Part shown: positions 1 through 11,583 of the stretch, piece after piece | Position numbering within the stretch: the stretch's first letter is position 1 | Layout of the letters: every line of letters begins with the position of its first letter | Source: Entomortierella parvispora E1425 | Lineage: Eukaryota > Fungi > Mortierellomycota | Direction of reading: 5' to 3' | Assembly: GCA_020891255.1 (NCBI GenBank) | Contig: BQFW01000002.1 | Location: 2,046,001 to 2,110,000, forward strand | Length of the DNA stretch: 64,000 nt | Notes under the pieces: generated by a model | What the model was told of the DNA's origin: nothing | Seen by the model: the letters and a program-made list of their open reading frames with translations, nothing else | The model's database searches: none | Program-made: the position numbers and the translations under genes

Positions 1-457
1 GACAATAGTAGGCAAGGGTAACACCCACCAAGCAGCTGGCGTCGTGATATAATGCAAAAGCAAGACCAAGCCAAGCTTGATCCCACTCGCCCTGGTGATC
101 TAATTGACTGTGCTCCACGATCTCTACCGGCATAACAGTACCTTTGAGTAATTAAGGATAGGTACGATGATGGTGATTAGATTATTATTTGATGAGTAGT
201 GGGTGGACAGGGCAAGACATGACGGTGCAACGGAAATGAGAGGTGAGAAGAAGAAAGCAGAGAAGACATGCAAGGACAAGATATACTGCAATGAGGAACA
301 AAATGACCCGCTGGCAGGGCCATTCAGGGCCAAGGTCGTACATCCACTCAAACACAAGCAGACGCTCCACAGATTCACACACAGACAGCAACAGACTGCC
401 GCATCCATGGTATCTCCCCTGCTCGATCGCCATTGACGTACCTGTGTTTTGCTCCAT
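1..457 (-). CDS. Partial 5' end of a hypothetical gene running off the left edge; possibly a membrane protein
   Basis: On the minus strand, ATG GAG CAA AAC ACA G is followed by a consensus GTACGT donor. A downstream TAG acceptor restores an open frame (..HQGEWDQAWLGLAFALYHDASCLVGVTLAYYC) to the window edge. No family was recognised. Confidence 0.35.
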
Positions 458-2518
458 CGCTTCCAAAGAGACAAAAGGCAGCCCATCACCGTCTAGCGCA
501 TCCTCATGATTGCGTTTTCTCCTTCTGGTTGCCCTTTTTACCCCTAAAAATCAAAGGTCATCTGTCCTTTGTGCACAAGTTGGGGCTCAACAACACACAC
601 ACAAAAAAAAAAGCGCGCGTGCAATCCGCGTCCATTGTGCACGAGGAGAGACGGCACAGAGACAGAGACACCGAGTGCCGTTAACCTTCCCTTCTCCTGT
701 CCCATTCTCTTTAGACAAGGGGGTATGGTCACTGCTCTCCCCTGATCCCTCTGTATTCTATCGTTAGCCCCAACTTTTCTCATTCACAAACTGGAACAAA
801 CAACAAATAGATGCTGCCTTGACGATTGAACATACTCGCCTTAAGACGCGTCCTGAGAAAAAACTCAATTATGTAATGGTAACTACGAGGGTAAAGACAA
901 AGCGGTGGTCCATGGTTCAACCGCATAGATTTGACCCTAGCAGCAGCTGTGTTAGACAAAATCGGTGTGCACCTGGAAGTTGTTGTGTTTGTAATGTCAT
1001 CTCCAAGAGTTGGTCAGCTTATTCTTGAATCTAACAAAAAAAAATCGAGCGAACGCGCGTCGAACGCGCCGCCTGCAGCCCCGTCACTAAAAGACGGGGC
1101 AGGGCAAGGGGAGGAGCCATGCAGGCAACCACGATCCGGGGTCCGTTGTTACCACCAAACTGGCTTGGGCTGTTGATTGTGAGCCCTGACGCGTAAACAA
1201 TGGAGCTCCATAGACAGCGAGAGTTGCTCCTTGGCTCTGTCCCCGCAGTCCCACGTTTGATCGCCATCGCGGGCTCTTCGCTTTGTCACCCAATGCAACC
1301 ATGTGGCCGTCGTGATCCAGATGAACGGCAGATGTACAGCAGCGAGGAGAGGGATGTGGGTGTGTTGCACCTGCAGAGGTGCATATCCTGGAGACATGCG
1401 GTGGAAAGAGGTTCGGCGCCCATCAACAACGTTGGCAGGTAGCGCATTGCTGGTTATTTTTACCTTTTGCTCTGGCTGTAAAAGTGATTCCCTGGTTCAG
1501 CAATGGTGACACAACAACAGGGTTGAGGCTATCGATTGAGCGTGCTCTTGCTTTCTCTCATTCAATCCGCGCGGGTACCAGCAGGTGGGATGTTACCGTA
1601 TGCTCGAGGGGAGCCTGGCAACATCCCATATGCTTGAGGGGAGCCTTGCCGGGGTCAGGTCCCGCCGTGTGCCCGGCAAGCAAAAGGGCGAGATGGAAGA
1701 ACAAGGTGCAGGCATGGTAGCCTTGGGCAGGATGGGAAGCACGCAAGCTGGAAACAGACAAAGCAATTGCGCCCGTCGAAGGGGAGGATAGACGGGCAGA
1801 GACAAGAGGGCGCTGGATAGGGACGATGATGCAGCGGAAAGGTCTTTTCTTCCTTGTTGTTTGTCTCCCTTCCTTTGCTTCCATTGCGCCCTGTTCCTTC
1901 GTTCTCTCCATCGTTGACCGCCATCCTCCTCGTCTCCTCTTCATTGTTCTACTGGCATCGTTGCATCCACCTCCGACTCCATGCGCCTCATCCCCGCCTG
2001 AATCAGGAGCCAGACTCAATTCGAGGTACGAGCAAGTCCCGTCATTCTCCCCTCATTCCTTCTCCTAGCTCACCATCATCTCCACAGCATCTTAATCGCC
2101 TTTTCTTGCAGTTCTTGACGCAGGCGCAGGGAAGGATTCAAATCCACCTTGCCCCTATCCTCCCTGCCCCCCCGCACGGGTATATTACTTGACCTAGAGG
2201 GGTGCGTGAGAACGACGATCGATTATTGTCATCTTTTCCTTTTCCCCTCTTTTTGGGTCAGGGACCAGATCTTCAATCGAACTATCTCTCTGTTTTCCCT
2301 ACCCCTCCTGCTATGTTGTCCCTGTCTTTCGGGCAAATGCATCATCTCAAACCCTTGCCGGCAAAGGGGAGCAAGCAAGCCCAAAAAAAAAAAAAAAAAA
2401 AAGAGGGACACCAAAAGGCGCACAATTCCTTGCCTTCCGTACGTTCCTCTTCGTCCTTTCACCCTTTTCTGCACCGGCATCCGTAGTTCTGTAGTGCCTG
2501 GCCACTTTTTCTCTCTCC

Positions 2519-2558
2519 TACCTACATACCTACCTACATACCTACATACCTACCTACC
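2519..2558. repeat. (CCTA/CATA)n tetranucleotide microsatellite
   Basis: The sequence reads cctacatacctacctacatacctacatacctacctacct. Confidence 0.9.
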
Positions 2559-2869
2559 TTTAGGAAAATAGTAGCCGGCTCACCCCCTTCCCCAGTGAGG
2601 ATCTCCATGGCAAGCACGTTCTCACTCTCATGGCTGTCTCTTGTCCTAATTGCCTTTAATAGCAACGGCCTCGCCTATCGATCGACTGCCAGTCTTTCTT
2701 CCCTCTCCTTGCCTCGAGTCGCGTCTGCGAAATGATCCGCGTGTGACAAACGAAATCTGGATTTTTTTTATACTTCTTGCTTGCTTCTTTGGCTTCATTC
2801 TGTTTCTTCTCGTTTTCCTGCCTACTATCCCCTCGAGTCTCCCTTCCTCCATCCTCCTTCTCATCCACC

Positions 2870-4043
2870 ATGGCCATGAATGTGCCTTCTGTCTCTCGGG
2901 AAGACAACAGCCTGTCCCCTGTTGATCCTGATAGCGATTACAACCGCTACAGGAATCGCTCTCAAGAGGAGCAGGTTCTTGACTACATCCCTCCACCGCC
3001 ATCGCAACCGACGGCCCTTGGCAACGCTCTCAATCGTTCCAGAAGGACCCAAAGGATGGGTGGTTACTTGTCAAAACTTCCACCCGCGTCGTCCTCTGAC
3101 GAATCTTCTGCCAGCTTCAGCAGCAACAGCAACAGTAGAACCAGCAGCACGTCTTCAGTCAACGACCTTCCGCCCTCACAGCCAGTCTATGTTCTTTCAG
3201 GTGACTAAAATAGCCCAGGTCCCACAAAAGGATCAAACGCAAATTAGAGGTCAAGGACTAACAGACCTGTACTCCATGATCTGCAGACAAACCAGTGCCA
3301 AAGTCAAAGCCAAAGACAACCAAGGGCTTTAGGTCAAAGCTATCAAAGCAATACACGCCCTCAGACGATGAGAGCGATGAGGAACCGCTTGGGATCAAGG
3401 TCTTGGCCTTCCCTGCTCCTCCACCCTCACCGACCGCTCCACTGTCCCCACCTTTGCCTGGCATGTCCCATGCACGCTCATCCATGTTTATGTCTGGTCG
3501 GGCTGTGGAATTGAACAGTGATTGTGGTGCCGTCAGCAGAAGTGACAGAAATTTTGGCAGTGGAACTGCTACCGAGAGTCTACGAGGTAGGAATCCGCGT
3601 ATTACTGCTTCCTCTTTCTTTTTCTTGCCTGCCCCTTGTCTAGGGCCTGGATTTTTGCGTGTCCGAGAAGGGGGGACGCTCAATGTCCCCTCTTTTTTCT
3701 TCTTTTTCCTTTTTTTCTTCAACTATCTTGCAACGCATCTATTTCTGGCAAGCGAAATGAAAAAAAAAGAAAAATCGTTTGGAAAGGCATACATACACAC
3801 AGGCATCCCGTGCTGTTATCTAACATGATTGTCGCAATTGACTTTTAAACCCACCCTGGTGTAGTAGTCTCGATGAATGATGCGACCATGCCGAGTCTCG
3901 CCGTGAACACCACCATGGATCGTATGGAGACTGCATCTCTTAGTTCCAAGACAAAGAAGTGTATGCACGAAAAAAGAACCAACACGAAAAAAAATAAGTC
4001 TGCAGATGGCACTAGGAAGCTCCGAGCAATTTTGTCCTAATCT

Positions 4044-4079
<36 letters not shown>

Positions 4080-5494
4080 TTTCTCTTTCTCTCCCTCTTC
4101 TCTCCTGTTGGTCTCCTGCATCAGTATCTCTGATGAAGAGGATGTCCAAGCTGTTCAGCAACGGCCCGAAGAAAGCTGCAAGACCTGCATCCACACCACC
4201 CCTTGCGACCGCGCGCGGGTCTGGCACTGCACAGTTGGGCCCATCTTCATCAACCGCATCTCGTCTTTCTCCCACCCCCTCGACCAAGGGGCATCATAAG
4301 CCTTCAATGGAAGTCCTTGAGGAGTCGCCTAGCAGGCAAGTGCTGCAGCCAGGCAGTCAACAAGGCCCCGCCTTTGCCGGTCATGGACCCTCGTCGACTG
4401 GAATGTTTCCCTTGCCCCCTTCCGTCCTAAAAGCCCATCGGGATAGGAACACGCGAGACAGCGGCTTTGGCGACACCGAGAATTCCATGAACACGGGTGC
4501 CATCAACAGTAACAACGTCAATCGACCTCCTGTGAATGGTGCCTCTCAACAAGGAAGACACAGCATGTTGATGCCAACCGTCCATTCTCAGAACGGTCAT
4601 GCTTCACAGCCGAGCTTTAATCGCTTCTCATCCTCAGCCGAAATGATGCCACCGTCGACAGGAAATCAGAGCGAGGTAGTAATTCCTCGCCCATCCTTGG
4701 ATCAGCATCAATATGCAAGGCAGAGAGGCGCCGCTGCTCCTACTCCAGCTGTTCCCGATCAGGCTCAGCCCAGGTTTCGACAGCAAGGCGGCGACATCCC
4801 CCTACATCCCCATGAGACTCAGAGGCGAACTAGTACTCCACTGATGTATACGGCTGCCCCAAGCCAGACGCTGGTTTCCAGAATCGACCGCGAGAAATCC
4901 ACAGTTTGTTTTCAATCGTCTCCTCCTGTGGAGGCCTTTGCCACCAAGGGCGCGGTAACAGCCCCGACTACAAGTCGCCAGCAACCTAGTACCTCTGTTC
5001 TCAAGCCTCTGCAGCTCACCCTCCACCAAACCTCTCCCATCCTAGCGGCTGTTGTTAGCTTTTCTGGCCAGGAATCAGAAGGAGAAAAACCAATGGGCGC
5101 TAATGGTCCCAGGAGAGACTCTAGTGGATCTCAGGAAACAAATGCTAGTAGTGCTTACACGAGCACATCAACCACAACAGGAATTTCTTCAATCAGTGGC
5201 GTCGGTCATGGCAACAGTAGCAGCATCAGCACAGCTAAATCAAAAGCTATGGCCAGCTATTCACCTGGACTGGCACTCCAGCAACATGTCACTTTTGAAG
5301 AGGATACCAACACCAAGACATCGCAGCCTCGGCGTGCCTCAGCTGGCATTACTTCAAAGATCCAATCTTTCACGCACTCGACATCTCAGCAGCCGCAACA
5401 AAAGCCGCGTCAGCAACAGACTCAGTCTCTGCCTCCACAACAACAGCAGCAGCAGCATCCGCTTTCGCATTCGCAGCCGTCCTTACATTGGCAG

Positions 5495-5526
<32 letters not shown>

Positions 5527-5530
5527 GCAG

Positions 5531-5562
<32 letters not shown>

Positions 5563-6205
5563 GCAGCCTTCCCAACTTGTTACGAATCGCCAACGCGCCT
5601 CACCCAAGCGACAATCCACAGCGAGCTGTTTTACGATGGCGCCTCCTGCATTGCAGCTTCAGCAACATAACCAACAGCTGAAGCAGCTACAGCAACTCCA
5701 GGCATCACCAACGAACACTCCCCCTCTGAACAGCCCGGTGGCGCCTACAGCCGCCATGAACTCTGCTTTTTTGAATCCTTCGTCCTCAATCCTCCCCAGT
5801 GGTGGACTCGCGGGATCGCCTCTTCTGGATCCTTCCTGGGCTCTTCAACAGCAACAGCAGCAGCTGCAACAACAGATTGAGCTTCAATTGCAACAACAGT
5901 ACCAACAGAACCAGCATTTGCAGTTGCAGCTTCAATTGGACCAGCTTCAACATTTGCAGATGCAACAGCACCAGATCTTGATGCAGCAGCAGCAAATCGA
6001 CAAGACTCGAGCTGCTTTGATGGCTTCAACAAGTGCGATTGTTACCCAACAACATCAGCAGCAACAGTTGCTTATGATGCCGAACTTTATGTACCCTACA
6101 GCGGCGGCGGCTGCGGCTGCAACGGCGACGAGACCCGGAGGCGTGGTGAGCCACATTAATGGCTTGGCCTCTGGTTCTGTTGGGGTTGCGCCGACTGTCA
6201 AATGA
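2870..6205 (+). CDS. Hypothetical Ser/Pro/Gln-rich low-complexity protein, 4 exons, about 935 aa
   Basis: Manual splice model join(2870..3200,3287..3586,3865..3960,4125..6205). All introns are GT-AG with matching phases, and CTAAC branch-like sites lie at ~3257 and ~3820. The model joins the 2777, 3295 and 4133 ORFs. The protein has long polyQ tracts and no recognisable folded domain. Confidence 0.75.
4041..4073. repeat. (CT)n microsatellite within intron 3 of the Gln-rich gene
   Basis: A run of ctctctct lies upstream of the 4124 acceptor. Confidence 0.9.
5490..5567 (+). repeat. CAG/CAA trinucleotide repeat encoding a polyQ run of about 25 residues
   Basis: Mixed cagcagcaacagcaa run, in frame with the 4133..6205 ORF. 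Confidence 0.95.
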
Positions 6206-6717
6206 AATCATCTACATCTCCCCTTGCTCTTGCAGAGAGAGAGAGAGAGAGAAATAGTAGAGAGGGAAGGGGACAAGCAACCCGAAGCAGTCCATTATTC
6301 ATCATCATGATACCGAAAACCTGTACAAACATCCAAAAAAAAAAAAACAATCTACTATTCAAAAAACATCCAATAATAATAATAATAATATGAAGAAAGC
6401 AGGTTTTTAGGGTTGAAATTATCTATGAAAAAGTGGAAGCGTGTGAAAGGGAAGGGTGGGTGGGTGGGGAATAATGCTTTAGATATAAAACATGTTCATG
6501 TGCAGCGAATGAAGGGGATCCTGCAGCATGACTAGTATATGGTCAAAGTTGGCGTGCCTCGAAAAAGTGTCCCGGTTGTCATAAAAGTCTTCTCCTGAAA
6601 AGTCGACCGTTGAGGGTGCAATAAGAACCGTCCTAAATAGCAAGAACAAGGCAGGAAGAAAAAAGGTCAGCGAAACACGGAATCTAGTACCAAGGGGAAG
6701 TCACAAGTCTGTGAGCT

Positions 6718-9218
6718 TTACCGTTCAAATTCTGTAGGACCTATCTTGCGAAAAAGAACAGCTTGCTCGCCCCATTGATCTCGGACACTTTTCAGTAATG
6801 TCCTGTCCGCTCTGCTAGTCACCGCACTCTCGCTGGTTCTCGTTTGGGTTACGTTCAGAGCTCTAAGCAATTCTGATCGGCTCTTTTCCCGCCAATCTGA
6901 AATACGGAGCGTGACTCCCTGTGACTGGGCTGCCCTGCTTCGGTATCCAAGAAGGTGGTGGGGAGGAAGATATGTCTTGTAAAATACAACATGAGTTGTG
7001 TAGGACATGCCGTCGTCGACATGAAGTTGACCTAATTCCAAAAAAGGAATGGTTCTCAAGTCAGCCACAGGGAAGATAAAACGGTTGGCGGATCAAATTC
7101 GGGAGCTATGCAATAGACGGATCAACGCACCTGCTAGTGACGGATCATGCAAGCAAAGCATATGGTCACGCTGTGCAGATACTGGCTTGCACCCTTGAAA
7201 TCCTAACGCCTGTTGTTGGATCACTTCCATGGCAGGAACAAGGCCACCCTGGTGAAATAATCCAAATACAATCGCCAGGACTCCGTTTGCTACTAGCCAT
7301 AGAGGCTTTAAGGGTTATTACGTAGAGACGCCTATCAGTAATATGAACGAAGTGCCTTTTTTACCGTATCTAAATGCCTACCCAAAATTTTCTTCCAAGC
7401 CTGGATATGCGTCCAGAGAGTGAGACGACCAGAGGTAAAAGCAGTGGCGTCAAAAATCTAGCTTCCTGATGGGGCATCGCAGACAGCATTGCGATCCCAA
7501 AGATCCCGGAGTATGACAATGCTAATTTATAACAACAATTAAAGTATGAGCCAAAAGCCAAATCATGTTTGAAATCCTTCATCAGCCTCCAAAAAAAAAA
7601 GGCGTTGTACCTGTGACCAGTCTAGATTCGCTAGTCCATTGTCCAGCTCTGACTTTTTGTAATAGGGCGACCGTCGCCACCCAGGCCAAGTTCAGGAACA
7701 AAACTGGGAAATTAAGGAATAGGTGAAAGAATCGAGGATGCAATCCATGCTTCTCCAGATTCTTCGAATTCATGTTGTATTGCAGGTTATTCAGCATTGT
7801 GAACGTGAGTGAGCCCTTGAAGGAGAAATTTGCCCAGTTCTGAGGGCCAAGACTGAGGATATCCTGTACTGAAAGTAGAGTTCCGTTTGTTTTGTCCAGA
7901 ATCGTCAGCTTTTGAAAGTAGATCGAGTCGATGACGATGGCTACAGCAGACATGAGCCCAAGACCAATGGCCAAAGGTATGCAGGCGAGAATGAATCGAG
8001 CCAATCCTTGAAAACTATCAGCCACAAACACCAAATAGTACCATCATTTTAAAAAAACATTTCCTTTCGAGATTTCCTGCTGCCTTTCATGTTTCTATTC
8101 CTACCTTGGCTGTCCATTCTTTAAAGTCGCCTTCATATTAAGGTAGAGGAACATGACACCAAGAGGGAATCCATATAGAACAAACGTGATCCTGGTAAAA
8201 ATTCCTAGAGAAAAGAGGACACCCAGCGTGAATGAAAGGAGTGCTGGTGTTGGGTTCGGGGTGTGGGGCTCTGATGGTTGTCGAGCATCTGACGTCGGTG
8301 TAGTCGATGATGATCCTGATGCTGTCAAAGAAGAACTTTCATGATCCTGAATGATCATCCCGAGCACCACAGCACTGAGAGCCAAGATCAAAGACTCGAC
8401 CGTATTTGAAAATGGATGAGTATGGTAAGCAATCGTGACATACGATGACGCAGTCAAAAGCAGGGCAATTGAGGGAGATCGTTTGATCTGACGCGCCATT
8501 CTCACGACTGTCCAATCTAGATACCATAATGTCGCTGTGAAGGTTAGTTATCAGAGTGCAGTACGGGCAAATGGTGGGCATTTTTTACTTGCCTATGATA
8601 GTGGACAGGAGCAGAAATGCGATTCTTTGCGTCATGAAGAGAGACTTGGAGGTTGCGAATCGATCTACCATAGACATTACATAGTAGTGTTAATTCTCCC
8701 ATTCCCATCCCGTGTTGCGAAGCTTAATCGACCAAAAACGACTTCGACGCCATACCCAGATCATTTCCAATCCAGCTCTTCCAGATCTGGTATGGGATTC
8801 CTGTCGTGATGGCACTATTGTAAAAAGAAAAAGAATTGTTTAGAAAGACAATTCAGTTTTAGAGGACGGCGGAAGAGACCAATCACGATAGTTAATCGCT
8901 CTGACGAACACCGTACGGGATAAGAATGGATCGGCAAGGCAACTCGGGCTTGTACTCCCATGGAACATTGACATCGAGATCGAATACAGCTCCTATGGCG
9001 ATAGAAACATCAGGAGCATCAGAACTTTCGGTTCACTTTGCAGGGACATTGTAATTTTATGGCCACAGGGGCTCTCTCATACCAGCGGTGATTTCTGCAG
9101 ACTGGAAAAACTCGTCGGGGTGGATGTACCCAGGTGAGATGGCGATGAAGGCGCGAAAGGCCAACAGGAACAAGTAGATGCTCCAAGTTGCCCTAGAGAA
9201 TGGCCTGTACTGGGGCAT
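6718..9218 (-). CDS. SMP3: GPI mannosyltransferase 4 (SMP3/PIG-Z; Alg9-like GT22 family), about 8 exons
   Basis: The N-terminal exon reads MPQYRPFSRATWSIYLFLLAFRAFIAISPGYIHPDEFFQSAE (the HPDExFQ motif). Later exons give HTHPFSNTVES, RITFVLYGFP, PHQEARFLTPL, HQGGLVP and FYKTYLPPHHLLG, with many hydrophobic segments. Confidence 0.92.
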
Positions 9219-9397
9219 GGCCAGAATGGTGCGGCGCGTGTTTGCAGTGAGCTTGCAGGATGCGCGGTAAGAATGAAGGGGACAAGACGGAGGGGATGGA
9301 ACGAGGAGGAGGTTTCAATGGATGAATGAATGAATGAATGAATGCATGCATGCGTAAACGTGACTATTTATTTTACAGTTTCATGTATATCGTTACA

Positions 9398-11164
9398 TTA
9401 AGCTTTGGCCATACCTCCAACTTCCATCTCGCCTTCGCTCGACCACGGCCGCCAGCTGGCCCATCGACGAATTGTACCCATCACACCTCCTGCTCGCCTC
9501 TCTGCTTCCTCCTCCTCCTCCTGCTTCAGGAGCAAATCCTCCATGGTCTCCATAACACCTTGAACGGTGTCCTCCACCAGATCACCATCTTCATCCACTT
9601 GTCCCTTCAACCGGCTCTCTAATGACAAAAATCTCTGAACAGGCTTCTTCCTCCGCTTCAAAACCTTTTCCCACATCTCTCGAGCTGGCAAAACTGCTTC
9701 CTTTAAATAACGGGCCCTCTCGGCCGAAGGTGGATGGTCATACATCCAGTCTGTCCATTTATGCACCTCCACAGAGTCTTCGGCCGCCATCTCCTGTTGG
9801 TCTTTTTCTGCCCACATTTCCCAAAGCCGGACCGAGTGCATTGGGTCATATCCTGCTAGGGCCATCAATGTCAGCGATACGGTGTCGGCCTCTACTTCAA
9901 TGGTCTGATGGAGTGGTCCTGAGGCTGTAAAGTGCAGCAGGTTGTTGGTGGTCTCGTCCACCCACGAGTTGAACCAAGGACCCAATGGAATGGAGACTGT
10001 CCACAATGCACTGCGTAACAGATCTAAAAAGAAATAAAGTTGATGGCATTTAGTTCACAAGGCGTTCCAACAAACAATCGATAGCATCCCCTGGAAAAGC
10101 TCTAACAACTTACCAGCCAGGAATAACATCACTGTCTCTCGCCCATGGGTCTCCATTGTATGTCTTTGGATCACATGAGCCAACTCATGGGCTACTACAG
10201 CCGCCACGAGATCCTCATCATTCTCAAGCCAGTCAATGAGTCCAGAGTTGATATAGATCAGGCGTGGTGGTCCCAGTGAGAAGGCATTGATCGCATCGTC
10301 CTTGGCCACGAAGACCTGGAAAGGTCGATCCTCAAATGTTATCGCGGTCCACTCAGAGTCGTCCCCTTCACTAGCAGCACTTCCAGTGGAGGGTATTGGC
10401 TTGGTGGTCGACACAATTGCTTTGGGAGCGCCTACCGATGGCTCGGACGTTGAGTTTGTGGTGGAACTTTTCTGTTGCAGTTCCTGGAGTTTCCTCTGTG
10501 CCTCTTCGTGCTTCTTTTCCAAACGCTCCACCATGCCGGTTCTCAATGTTGATCCGTCCTGCTCAATGGACGCACTCAGCAAGTTCTTGAGGATATGTTG
10601 CACTAGTTGCACACGGGGGTCATTTTGATCCTCGATCACCTTAATGGACTCCATGAAAACGGGTATCTCCTCCTTCAGCATATCCAACTCGTCAGCCTCG
10701 TTCGTGAAGAGAAATCGCCAACGGCCCGTGTTGGGTGCCGCTTCTAATCCTGCAAAGATCACTAGTCCAAAGCACACGGGTGGGATCAGCACCAGTGTCA
10801 AGATGACCCTTGGGGACTGCTTGGCAGATAGGGGTAGGAGTGTCAATGATGCTCTGGAGACCATTCTGAGAACCAGGGCTGTGACCGGTGTCTTGAGGGT
10901 GAAGAGTGCTGCTGGCAAAAGTGGGACGGGAAAATGGTTTGGCCGAGAGGTATGAAAGCGGGAGGTCTGCTGCACCAGTGTCTTTGGGTGCCAGGGCCCC
11001 ACGCTACCGAGGCTGAACCTGGCCAAGGTCTGTGAAGTAAGTGGTCCTGCTCGAGAGAACGGTGAATGTCGGAAGGCGACCGCTGCTGTTGACTTGCCGG
11101 GAATGCCTCGACAAGGCAGCCGCGGCGATCGTCTCACGGAGCTCCTGACAGCGGCCGAGAGCAT
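9398..11164 (-). CDS. OMA1: Mitochondrial M48 metalloendopeptidase, OMA1-like, 2 exons
   Basis: Arg/Ser-rich N-terminal presequence (MLSAAVRSSVRRSPRL), PNTGRWRF, INAFSLGP..IYINSGL, the zinc motif HELAH, the third ligand in EVEAD, AGYDP and HPPSAER. One intron lies near 10022-10092. Confidence 0.85.
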
Positions 11165-11583
11165 TGTTTCTAGCTGCGCGGTTGGATGATGTGGAGGGAG
11201 TGGGGGAGGGGATGTCCAAGGAATGAATGATGGCAGAAGGCAAAGAAGCAAGAGAGGGGAAATAAGGTGGACACAGGCTGGACAGACAACCACCAGCCAT
11301 GGCCGGGACTCAAAAAGGCGCTTTTGGGCCTTGTCCAGTGCGGCCAGTGGAGCGGGGTCAATTCAATTGCAGCCCCTGCAGCAACAGCTGCGGTGACGTC
11401 ACAAAGGGGAGTGGGAGGGAGGCACACTTTTGGTGCATTGGTGGTCGCGCCCATTCATTCATCTGAGGTGCTCGAGCCCGCCCGCCTGCTTGTCCTGTCG
11501 ACTCTCTTCCCTTCCTCGACCCCGACATCAACACGCGCACAGCCTCCTTTATCTCTCCGTTGTGTCTTTCCGAGTTTCTGAAA

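Noticed and set aside
5422-5619. Poly-Cys ORF on the minus strand
   Set aside because: It is the reverse complement of the CAG/CAA polyQ tract.
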